Below are positions 32,335-41,323 of a stretch of 64,000 bases of DNA, piece by piece (position 1 is the first letter of the stretch; each line of letters opens with the position of its first letter). The notes below the pieces were generated by a model. It was not told the DNA's origin. It made no database searches and saw only the letters and a program-made list of their open reading frames with translations. The position numbers and the translations under genes are program-made. Source of the DNA: Salisapilia sapeloensis CBS 127946 (taxonomy: Eukaryota > Protista > Oomycota); NCBI GenBank assembly GCA_023334545.1, contig JAADVB010000045.1, positions 1 to 64,000 on the forward strand, read 5' to 3'.

Positions 32335-33255
32335 ATGGTTATTAAACGCAATCGGAAGCGCATTCAGGACGCACTCTCCAAGTGTGGACTGGATGATGCT
32401 TTGCAATCCATTGCAAAGTCATCCTCAGTCACGCGCTTCCTTGGATTAGACATTAATACCAATAGCACCGGCTTTGCTGTTCTGAATGACCAAGGTGCGC
32501 ATGCCATTGCATATTACTCCTCTTAAACTCTTTATAATAGCAGCATCGCACCACTGCATTAAAATGTAGGTAAACTGCTGCAATGGGGCCATGTTGACAC
32601 GAAGAAAATTCCAAGTGAAGACGTCTTAGCTGCGTCGAATACCATCCAGCAAGAGCTCGTCGATACGCTCCAGCCAAACGCCCAGTCCAAGTCATGGCTA
32701 GTGGGCATTGAGGACTTCATGAGGCAGTACACTGCTGGCAAGTTCCAAACGCGTGGTCTATTCCACTTGGCTCAGATCAACGGTATCGTAGGATTCGCTT
32801 GCTGGCAGCGTTTCGGTCGTAAACCAGTGCACACCCATCCAACGGCAGCGCGCTCTGCCCTTGGCATTTCCAATGGCGGCGTCGTGAAAGAGCAAGTGTA
32901 CGACCTCGTAGCTCGGCAGGAACCAGAAGCTGTAGTCTCCCTCCCACGTACCAAAGCCGGGCGCTTAACCGACACGGCGTTCGACATGACAGACGCATAC
33001 GTGATCGCAGCCTACACTCGCTTCCTACATCTGCAGCAGGGTCTCGTAGATAGTCCAGAGCTAGTCGAATCTTTCCATACTACCTACTTCCAAATGAGTC
33101 AAGAGACCAAACTTCGATCGAATAAACCATCCGCTGAAGCACAGCAGCTACGTAGCATGACACCTACCGAACGAAAACAAGAGCTCTATCGACTATACTG
33201 CAGCGGCGTCGATGAATGGATGAAGAATAAGCTAAAGCAAGACTTGGGGTTGTAA
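32335..33255 (+). CDS. RuvC-family Holliday junction resolvase-like nuclease, one intron (32495-32569)
   Basis: Catalytic tetrad pattern: FLGLDINTNSTG, VGIEDF, FDMTDAYVIA (DxxD); also LAQINGIV, PTAARSALG, KEQV. Confidence 0.85.
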
Positions 33256-33302
33256 CTGTGAAACTAAACGGTATCATGTTGTTGTTGTGACTATTCTAGA
33301 GC

Positions 33303-36300
33303 TTAGTGGAACTCGTGGACGTCCGTCCATGCCTTCTCCTCCCGGTTCTCGCGCTCATAATAATCAAAGAGGCTGTCAGCCTCGAGACCAAGCAACGGCT
33401 GGTGCTTGTGGCGCTCCATCGAGTCGACAAAGAGCTTGACGAGACTGATGTTCGTCAGCAGCGGGATGGAAAAGTCCACGGCTGTTCGTCGGATCATGTA
33501 GTTGTTCTTGGTCTGCTTGCTCTCGCTGTTCGGGAGGTTGACGACGAGGTCAATCTCGCCATCCTTGATGTATCGCAAGACATTGTTGTCACTGTCATCA
33601 TCCGACGGGAAGTCGACCTTGGTGGACGGAATGTCGTACTTTTGCAAAAACTCGTGCGTCTTCTCCGTCGTGTACAAGTTGTATCCGAGCTCGGTCATCT
33701 TGAACGCAGCGTGAACAAAGTCATCCGTGAACTTGTCTTGCATCGACAGCAAGATGTTCTTCTTGGGCAATCGGACATTGGAAGAGATGAGTGCCTTGAG
33801 GAAGGCCTCGTGCTCGTTCTTGCCAAAGCACGCGACTTCACCAGTCGACGCCATCTCAACACCCAACAGCGGGTCGGCACCACCCAATCGGGTGTAACTG
33901 AACATGGGCGACTTGATACCAACAAAGCCTTCCGGACGCTTCGGACCGTACAGTTCCGGCAAGTTGTCCTGCTCCGTCGGCTCTCCGACCATGACCTTGG
34001 TGGCAGCGTTGATAAAGTCCGATCCAGTCGTCTTGGACGAGAACGGGAACGATCGAGACGCACGGAGGTTGCACTCAATGACACTGACGTCCGCTCCCTT
34101 GGCCAAGAACTGCGCATTGAACGGACCAGAGATGTTCAGAGCCGAAGCGATCTTCTCGGCGCACTTGCGGACTTCGTTCTGGTAGAACGAACTGGCCTGC
34201 ACAGGCGGGAGGATCATGGTCGCGTCACCAGAGTGGACACCAGCGTTCTCAATGTGCTCCGAGATGGCAGCAGCAATAACCTTGCCGTCCTTGGCAACAG
34301 CATCAAGCTCCAACTCCTTAGCACCTTCCACGAACTTGGTGATCACGACCGGGTGCTCCTTGGACACTTCCGCCGCTTCGCCAAGCACACGCTCCAAATC
34401 CTCGTGGTTGTGCGCAACGTTCATGGCAGCACCAGACAGCACGTAGGACGGACGGACGAGGCACGGGTAGCCAACGCGGTCGGCAAAGTCCCGCGCCTCC
34501 TGCATGCTCGTGAGCTCCTTCCACTCCGGCTGACGGACGCCAGCCTTGTCCATAAGCTGCGAGAACTTGTATCGGTCTTCCGCACTGTCAATCATCGTAG
34601 GGTGCGTGCCGAGGACGTGGACGCCAGATTTGTGCAGCGGAAGAGCGAGGTTGTTCGGGATTTGACCACCGACACTGACGACGACACCCTGCGGCTGCTC
34701 GACGTCGTTGACATCCATCACACGCTCCTTGGACAGCTCTTCAAAGTAGAGCTGGTCGCACTCGTCATAGTCCGTACTGACCGTCTCGGGGTTGTAGTTG
34801 AGCATCACCGATCGGTAGCCAAGCTTTCGAAGCGTACGGATGCAGCTCACAGCACACCAGTCGAACTCGACACTCGATCCGATACGGTACGCACCGCTAC
34901 CCAAGACCATGACACCATCGTTCTTCTCCTGCGCCTGGACATCGTTCTCCGCACCATTGTACGTCATGTAAAGGTAGTTGGTCTGAGCTGGGTACTCAGC
35001 CGCGAGCGTATCGATCTGCTTGACACTCGGGATGATACCCACCTCCTTTCGCTTCGCTCGCACATCATCGTCTGAGCATCCGAGCATACGCGAGAGCTGA
35101 CGGTCCGAGAAACCGACCTTCTTGGCTTCCATCAGCTCTTCGCGACTCACTTCCTGAATGCTCTTCCCCGTGAGGTTGACATCCAAGTCAGCAATACCCT
35201 GGAGACGACTCAACCACCACGTATCGATCTTGGTGATATCATGCACCTCGTCGATCGTCAGCATACCTTCCTTGAGCGCCTGTGCGATCTGGTAAATCCG
35301 ACGGTCCGTCGGACGGCTCAAAGCGCTCTTGAGCTCGTCCTTGGTCATACGGTCAAAGCGCGGCTCGAAGCCTTCGACGGCAGGGTCGACCATACGCATG
35401 GCCTTCTGGATACCTTCCTCGAAGTTTCTCGAGATAGCCATGACTTCCCCGACACTCTTCATGGCAGATCCGATCTCCGTGCTGACGTTCTCGAACTTGG
35501 CGAGATCCCAGCGAGGGATCTTGGTCACACAGTAGTCGAGACTCGGCTCAAAGCACGCCGTGGTGCTCTTCGTGACAGAGTTCTTGAGCTCCGGAAGCGT
35601 GATACCAAGGGCAAGTTTCGCAGCAACGAATGCGAGGGGGTAGCCCGTCGCCTTGGACGCCAAGGCACTCGAACGAGAGAGACGAGCGTTCACTTCGATG
35701 ATACAGTACTCTTCCGAGTGCGGGTTCAGAGCGTACTGGATGTTACACTCACCAACGATACCCAAGTGTCGAACGACCTTGAGCGCCGTCTCTCGCAGCA
35801 TGTGGTACTCTCGGTTCGACAGCGTCTGGGATGGCGCAATCACGATCGAGTCACCCGTGTGAATACCAAGCGGATCAAAGTTCTCCATGTTGCACACCGT
35901 CAGACAGTTGTCGGCACTGTCTCGCACGACTTCGTACTCGACTTCCTTCCATCCCTTCATACTTCGCTCCACAAGGATCTGAGGACTACCGGCAAACGCC
36001 TTCTTCGCCATTGATCGCAGCTCGGCTTCATCGTCGCATAGACCAGAGCCAAGACCTCCGAGAGCAAAGGCCGATCGGATCATGACAGGGAAACCAATCT
36101 CGTGGGCAGCAGTCACAGCATCGTCGACAGAGTTCACGGCGATACCCTTGGCAATACGTTCGTTGATCTCCTTGAGCTTCTCGTTAAACGAATCTCGGTC
36201 TTCCGTCGCTTCAATCACAGGGATCTGCGTACCAATGACTTCGACGCCGTACTTCTCCAAGACACCGTTCTTCGCGAGTTCGACACCACAGTTCAAAGCT

Positions 36301-37841
36301 GTCTGACCACCCATACTGATCAAGATACCATCCGGACGCTCACGCTTAATCACTTGCTCCACAAAGTCTGCGTTCACTGGTAAGTAGTACACGTTACTCG
36401 CCTGTGCTTCACTCGACTTGTCAATGTTCGTCTGGACGGAAGCGATGTTCGGGTTAATCAGAATTGTCTCAATCGCTTCTTCCTTGAGCGCCTTGATCGC
36501 TTGCGAACCAGAGTAGTCGAACTCACCAGCTTGACCAATGGATAGACCTCCAGATCCGAGAACCAAGACCTTTTTCACTTGCGGACGAACGACAGGTGGA
36601 CGCTGGACTAAGCTCGAGATCGGACCCTTCTCCTTTCGACGCACGGCGTCGAGGAAAACATCGAAGAGGAACTCCGTGTCCGTCGGTCCGCCAGAGTGCT
36701 CCGGATGGAACTGCGCCGTGAAGAACGGCTTGCTCTTGTGGATAATGCCTTCGTTCGTACCGTCGTTACCGTTGACAAAGAGCTCTTCCCACTCACTCGG
36801 CAATGTCTTGCCGTCGAGAGCATACCCGTGGTTCTGAGCAGTGATGTAGCTCTGACCGGTCTTGAGGTTGTTCACAGGCTGGTTCTGACCTCGGTTACCG
36901 AACGGAAGCTTGTACGTCTGCGCACCGGCCGCACGACCGAGCAATTGGTTACCAAAGCAAATACCAAAGATCGGCTTGACACCATCGCCTTCGACACTGA
37001 GCGCCTTCTTCAGCTGCTCCGTCGTCTCCGTGAGCACAGCCGGATCTCCCGGACCGTTACTGATGAACAGACCGTCGTACCAGTCGGCTTCCGACGCAAT
37101 GTCGTGGTTCCACGGCACGAGCTTGACCTCGGCTCCGCGCGACACGAGGGATCGGATAATATTGTATTTGATACCACAGTCGACTGCAAGGATCTTGAGC
37201 GGATTGCCAGCGCCAAACGTACGCACTTCCTTCGTGGACACGAGGGCAGACAGGTTGGTCGCGTTCGGGTCGATAAAGTCCGGCGTGTCACTACCTTCAA
37301 CGACGATTCGGCCGCTCATGGCGCCCTTGGCACGGATCTTTTTCGTAATAGCACGCGTGTCGATGCCAGCAATACCAGGGATACCTTCCCGAGCGAGCCA
37401 GTCGCTTAGGGAAGACGCAGCGTTCCAATGACTATGATGAGAAGAGTAATCTTGGACGATCATACCAGCGGCATGGATCCGGTCGGACTCGATGAACTTG
37501 TTCAGACCGAACTCATCGATGGCAGTCGTGTCCGGGACACCGTAGTTTCCGATCATGGGGAAGGTCATGTTCAAGATCTGACCTTTAAAGGAAGCATCCG
37601 TGAGAGCTTCCGGGTAGCCGACCATGCCGGTCGTGAAGACGACTTCACCAGCCATGGACTTGGGGGCACCGAACGAGACACCTTCAAAGCGAGAGCCGTC
37701 CTCGAACTCGAGGAAAGCTGGCGTCTGGAACTTGGGGGCATTTCGACGATCGACTTTCTCCCGAGCAGAGCCGAGGAGACGGCTACCACTGGACTTGTAA
37801 AGTGGTGTGCGTTTGCGAGCGGCGTTGGATAATCGAAGCAT
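33303..37841 (-). CDS. Mitochondrial carbamoyl-phosphate synthase, fused glutaminase and synthetase (CPS III/CPS1 type)
   Basis: 1512-aa intronless ORF; presequence MLRLSNAARKR; GATase GICFGNQ and QFHPE; two ATP-grasp domains (GSGGLSIGQAGEFDYSG, GSGAYRIGSSVEFD); MGS-like C-terminal domain. Confidence 0.98.
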   Translation of the reverse strand: MLRLSNAARKRTPLYKSSGSRLLGSAREKVDRRNAPKFQTPAFLEFEDGSRFEGVSFGAPKSMAGEVVFTTGMVGYPEALTDASFKGQILNMTFPMIGNYGVPDTTAIDEFGLNKFIESDRIHAAGMIVQDYSSHHSHWNAASSLSDWLAREGIPGIAGIDTRAITKKIRAKGAMSGRIVVEGSDTPDFIDPNATNLSALVSTKEVRTFGAGNPLKILAVDCGIKYNIIRSLVSRGAEVKLVPWNHDIASEADWYDGLFISNGPGDPAVLTETTEQLKKALSVEGDGVKPIFGICFGNQLLGRAAGAQTYKLPFGNRGQNQPVNNLKTGQSYITAQNHGYALDGKTLPSEWEELFVNGNDGTNEGIIHKSKPFFTAQFHPEHSGGPTDTEFLFDVFLDAVRRKEKGPISSLVQRPPVVRPQVKKVLVLGSGGLSIGQAGEFDYSGSQAIKALKEEAIETILINPNIASVQTNIDKSSEAQASNVYYLPVNADFVEQVIKRERPDGILISMGGQTALNCGVELAKNGVLEKYGVEVIGTQIPVIEATEDRDSFNEKLKEINERIAKGIAVNSVDDAVTAAHEIGFPVMIRSAFALGGLGSGLCDDEAELRSMAKKAFAGSPQILVERSMKGWKEVEYEVVRDSADNCLTVCNMENFDPLGIHTGDSIVIAPSQTLSNREYHMLRETALKVVRHLGIVGECNIQYALNPHSEEYCIIEVNARLSRSSALASKATGYPLAFVAAKLALGITLPELKNSVTKSTTACFEPSLDYCVTKIPRWDLAKFENVSTEIGSAMKSVGEVMAISRNFEEGIQKAMRMVDPAVEGFEPRFDRMTKDELKSALSRPTDRRIYQIAQALKEGMLTIDEVHDITKIDTWWLSRLQGIADLDVNLTGKSIQEVSREELMEAKKVGFSDRQLSRMLGCSDDDVRAKRKEVGIIPSVKQIDTLAAEYPAQTNYLYMTYNGAENDVQAQEKNDGVMVLGSGAYRIGSSVEFDWCAVSCIRTLRKLGYRSVMLNYNPETVSTDYDECDQLYFEELSKERVMDVNDVEQPQGVVVSVGGQIPNNLALPLHKSGVHVLGTHPTMIDSAEDRYKFSQLMDKAGVRQPEWKELTSMQEARDFADRVGYPCLVRPSYVLSGAAMNVAHNHEDLERVLGEAAEVSKEHPVVITKFVEGAKELELDAVAKDGKVIAAAISEHIENAGVHSGDATMILPPVQASSFYQNEVRKCAEKIASALNISGPFNAQFLAKGADVSVIECNLRASRSFPFSSKTTGSDFINAATKVMVGEPTEQDNLPELYGPKRPEGFVGIKSPMFSYTRLGGADPLLGVEMASTGEVACFGKNEHEAFLKALISSNVRLPKKNILLSMQDKFTDDFVHAAFKMTELGYNLYTTEKTHEFLQKYDIPSTKVDFPSDDDSDNNVLRYIKDGEIDLVVNLPNSESKQTKNNYMIRRTAVDFSIPLLTNISLVKLFVDSMERHKHQPLLGLEADSLFDYYERENREEKAWTDVHEFH

Positions 37842-37898
37842 CGTGGATTAAATGTTAAACAGAAGGTGAGGCGTGCCAGGAGGCAGCTCGAGATGGCC

Positions 37899-37914
37899 GC
37901 AAATTCAGAAGTGC
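37899..37914 (-). promoter_or_regulatory. Oomycete-type Initiator plus FPR core promoter motif upstream of CPS
   Basis: Minus strand reads GCACTTCTGAATTTGC, close to the YCAYTYY-N-AWTTTNC consensus, about 70 nt upstream of the CPS ATG. Confidence 0.5.
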
Positions 37915-38191
37915 CGGGAAGAAGGGAGGCGGATCTCAAGTCGGAGCCACTGGTGAGGGGCGGATAGGGCTACTATGAAACGGTTGAAGATCGCGTTAAC
38001 ATCACATACTTTCTTTTATATTAAATCTTGAACGGATGTATGGCGCAAACAAGTAGTTTGAAACGAGTGGCCCAAGCAGCTTCGAGGCCGTGGGATCGTT
38101 GTCTGGCCTTGCGCTGTTACCGCCAGCAGAACGTTCACCTGGCTCTCCTGATCTGTGTGGCATTAAGGCTGTTCAGACCATTTCTAGTAGG

Positions 38192-40195
38192 ATGTGGAAA
38201 AGAACACTACGGAGTCCGGTGAACGTGTCCAAGCGATGCCTGAGCACGACACCGCAGGCCGTATCCACGCGGCTCGCGCAGATCATGCAATCCAATGCTG
38301 ATATCCAGCGCTATCGGGAAGTGTACGGTGTCCCGGGAGTACGGCGTTCCACAGTAATTAAGATTGGCGGTGACGTCATTGAGCATGAGCTCGACACACT
38401 CGTCGACTCGCTTGTCTTTCTTAAGCATGCTGGTCTCTTCCCGATCCTAGTGCATGGCGCTGGTCCGCAGATGAATGCCGAGCTCGAACGTGCCGGCGTA
38501 GAGCCGCAGTACGTCCAAGGCAATCGCGTCACGGACATAGAGACGCTTACGATCGCCAAGCGCATCTTCCTCCAAGCCAATCGCAAGCTCGTCGATGCAC
38601 TTGCTGCTGTTGGTGCACCTGCTCGACCCATCACGAGCGGTGTCTTTGAAGCCAAATTCCGCGACATGGATACCTTTGGGTACGTGGGTGAGATTAATCA
38701 CATTCACAGCCAATTCGTCGAAGCAGCGCTCGACAGTGACCAGATCCCAGTCCTCTCATGTCTTGGTGAAACTGCGTCCGGCCAGACGCTCAACATCAAC
38801 GCTGATGTCGCGGCGAGGGAGCTTGCATTGAGCATGCAACCGGACAAGACAGTGTTTATCAACTCCAAAGGCGGATGGGTCGAAGACGATGGCACCAAGC
38901 TCAAGGAAATTAATATGAAACGAGACTACGCCGAGATGGCATCGAGAGACTACACTGGTCGTCAAGGCACGTTGCTTAAGCTAAACGAGATCAACGCTTT
39001 ACTGCAAGGACTGCCATCCACTGCCACAGTCGCCTTGACCTCTGCAAAGGAGCTGTCCAAGGAAATTCTGAGCAACTGCAGTACCGGAACGATCTGCCGT
39101 CGTGGAGAGTCCGCTCCTGTCTCCAACTCCACTACCAAGAAGCGTGTGGGTATCCTCGGCGCTCGAGGCTACGTCGGTCGAGAGGTCATCCGCTTAGTCG
39201 GTCAGCACCCAGAGCTAGAGCTCGTATGTGCTAGTTCCCGTGCGTTAGTCGGTCATAAAGTGTTGGACGTAGCCATGGCGCCTCCTGTGAACCCCCACAC
39301 GAACCAACCTGCAAAGGACGCTTCTCGCCACCCAAAGCTCCACATCTCCGAGGACCTCGAGTTCTGTGAACTTGGTCTTGACGACCTCCCGACGTCAGAA
39401 CTAGCTGAATCCGTCGACGTCTGGGTCCTCGCACTTCCCAACGGACATTGCCAGCAGTACGCATCTGTCCTCGACGGTCTCAAGAAGCAGAACAAGATCG
39501 TCGTGGACTTGAGTGCCGACCAGCGCTTCAACGACGACTGGGTGTACGGTCTGCCAGAGACGCCTGGCTGTCGTGATGCGCTCCACGGCGCCACGCACAT
39601 CTCCAACCCCGGCTGCTACGCTACTGGCGCTCAGATCGGTCTCTTGCCGTTGCTAGGAGGCAAGCCGGAGGTGAGTGGCAAGCTCATTGACGAGAGCATC
39701 CCGCCCCATATCTTTGGTGTCTCGGGATACAGCGGTGCTGGCACGACTGCATCCAACGCCAATAACTTAAAGGTGTTGCAGGACAATTTGCTCGCGTACA
39801 AGTCAGTCAAGCACGTGCATGAGTACGAGGTGTCGCATCAGCTACAGACGCCTGTGCGCTTCATGCCGCACGTCGCGCCGTACTTCCAAGGCATCCACTT
39901 GACCCTGTCGGCGCAACTAGAAGATTCTTCCATCAAGGCAGCCGACATCCAGGAACTGTACAATGAGTTTTATAGAGGCGAGAAACTCGCCAAGGTCGTG
40001 GATGGCATGCCCATGGTCAAGGACAATGCGTTCCAACACCACGTGAGCGTCGGTGGTTTCCAAATCGACGAAACGACCGGTCGACTCGTCATCGTCTCCA
40101 CCATCGACAACTTGCTCAAGGGTGCTGCAACCCAAGCCGTGCAGAACGTGAACGTTGCGCTCGGACTAGACGAATACACTGGTATCGACGCTTAA
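38192..40195 (+). CDS. Bifunctional acetylglutamate kinase (ArgB) / N-acetyl-gamma-glutamyl-phosphate reductase (ArgC), ARG5,6-like
   Basis: Presequence MWKRTLRSPV; VIKIGG, VHGAGPQ, GNRVTD, LNINAD (kinase); VGILGARGYVG, DLSADQRF, ISNPGCYATG, GVSGYSGAG, DNLLKGAATQA (reductase); intronless. Confidence 0.95.
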   Translation: MWKRTLRSPVNVSKRCLSTTPQAVSTRLAQIMQSNADIQRYREVYGVPGVRRSTVIKIGGDVIEHELDTLVDSLVFLKHAGLFPILVHGAGPQMNAELERAGVEPQYVQGNRVTDIETLTIAKRIFLQANRKLVDALAAVGAPARPITSGVFEAKFRDMDTFGYVGEINHIHSQFVEAALDSDQIPVLSCLGETASGQTLNINADVAARELALSMQPDKTVFINSKGGWVEDDGTKLKEINMKRDYAEMASRDYTGRQGTLLKLNEINALLQGLPSTATVALTSAKELSKEILSNCSTGTICRRGESAPVSNSTTKKRVGILGARGYVGREVIRLVGQHPELELVCASSRALVGHKVLDVAMAPPVNPHTNQPAKDASRHPKLHISEDLEFCELGLDDLPTSELAESVDVWVLALPNGHCQQYASVLDGLKKQNKIVVDLSADQRFNDDWVYGLPETPGCRDALHGATHISNPGCYATGAQIGLLPLLGGKPEVSGKLIDESIPPHIFGVSGYSGAGTTASNANNLKVLQDNLLAYKSVKHVHEYEVSHQLQTPVRFMPHVAPYFQGIHLTLSAQLEDSSIKAADIQELYNEFYRGEKLAKVVDGMPMVKDNAFQHHVSVGGFQIDETTGRLVIVSTIDNLLKGAATQAVQNVNVALGLDEYTGIDA

Positions 40196-40271
40196 GAAGT
40201 TCAATAAAAATACGTTTGTGGCTCGTTCGTTCTAGCGATAGCCCATGCAAAAATGCGTAATATTTCTTTTC

Positions 40272-41088
40272 TTAGTATTGCAGGATCGGATCCCCGACCT
40301 TGTCGATCATGGACACGGTGCATTTGAGGTCAAAGACTTTGCTTAAGACGACCTTGAAGAGTTTCTGGACATTGATCGAGTGAGACGCAGAGGTGAAGAT
40401 GAGTGGAGCTTTCATCGCTTTCGCAAACTTGCGTGCTTGCTTGGTAATGTCCTCCTGTTCTTTGGCTGAGAACTCGGTGAATTGATCGTACTTGGTTCCG
40501 ATCAAGAACGGAAACGCATTCTATAAGATACGTGAGCATGGTCGGTATAGTCGAGGTAGGACGAGTGTGACCTTGTTGATCGTCCGAACTTGGCGGTACC
40601 ATTCCTTAACACTCATGAGCGTCGCCTTCCGCGTGAGGTCGAACATGAAGAGGATGGCGACGGCATCGTTGCATACGAGTGGGAGCATGCTGATAAACTC
40701 CCGATGACCTGTCTCACGCGATTAGAATCATCTACTAGCGTCGAAAGATGTTAATGGATGCCAACCGCCAAGATCCCAAATGCTAAAGGTGATCTCGGTA
40801 TTCCGCAATGCAATCGTCTTCTCCATAAAATTTACACCTACGTGCCATAAGCCACTATCCTCTGTACAGTCTACAATGACACATACCTAGCGTGTGGATG
40901 TAGTCTTCATCAAACTTGCCTTCGACGTACTTGACCATGAGACTCGTCTTCCCGACCTGAGCATCCCCAACCATCCCGACTTTGACCACGACATTATTCC
41001 TCCCGCCTCGACCACTCGTCGCCTCCTTCTTATCCGTCACATCCTTCACCTCCTCTCCACTCGCACTCGCAGCAGCCTTCTCCTCCAT
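40272..41088 (-). CDS. SPG1: Septum-promoting/mitotic-exit GTPase Spg1/Tem1
   Basis: [34 protein letters not shown]|[36 protein letters not shown]. Confidence 0.93.
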
Positions 41089-41323
41089 CTCCACTCGGAA
41101 AATCTCTTTTGCAATTGAAAATTCTTTTTATTTCGCTTCTCAACTTGCAATTTCATCGATTAATCATACAATACCACTTCAACCCGACATGGCAACCATT
41201 ACTCACAACAAGCACATGCGCCAATCCGTGGGCAGGGGTCTGATATACAAAAAAATAGTCAGCCACAGCCGACCATACTCAAATTGAGACATTCTCACAT
41301 TCGCCTCCACTGACGTAAGGAGC

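Noticed and set aside
32335-33255. RuvC gene as a Fanzor/TnpB or transposon nuclease
   Set aside because: It is short, has the resolvase D/E/DxxD spacing, and lacks a zinc finger, terminal repeats or an adjacent transposase.
33306-37432. Long plus-strand ORFs antisense to CPS (for example 589 aa and 257 aa)
   Set aside because: These are shadow ORFs caused by strong codon bias on the coding strand. The same applies to the antisense ORFs over the TTP-family, RPS18, RPN1 and ArgB-ArgC genes.
37842-38010. Arginine attenuator peptide-type uORF upstream of CPS, as in fungal CPA1/arg-2
   Set aside because: The only minus-strand ATGs give M* and MLTRSSTVS*. They have no DYL..W motif and lie upstream of the predicted Inr, so the leader appears uORF-free.
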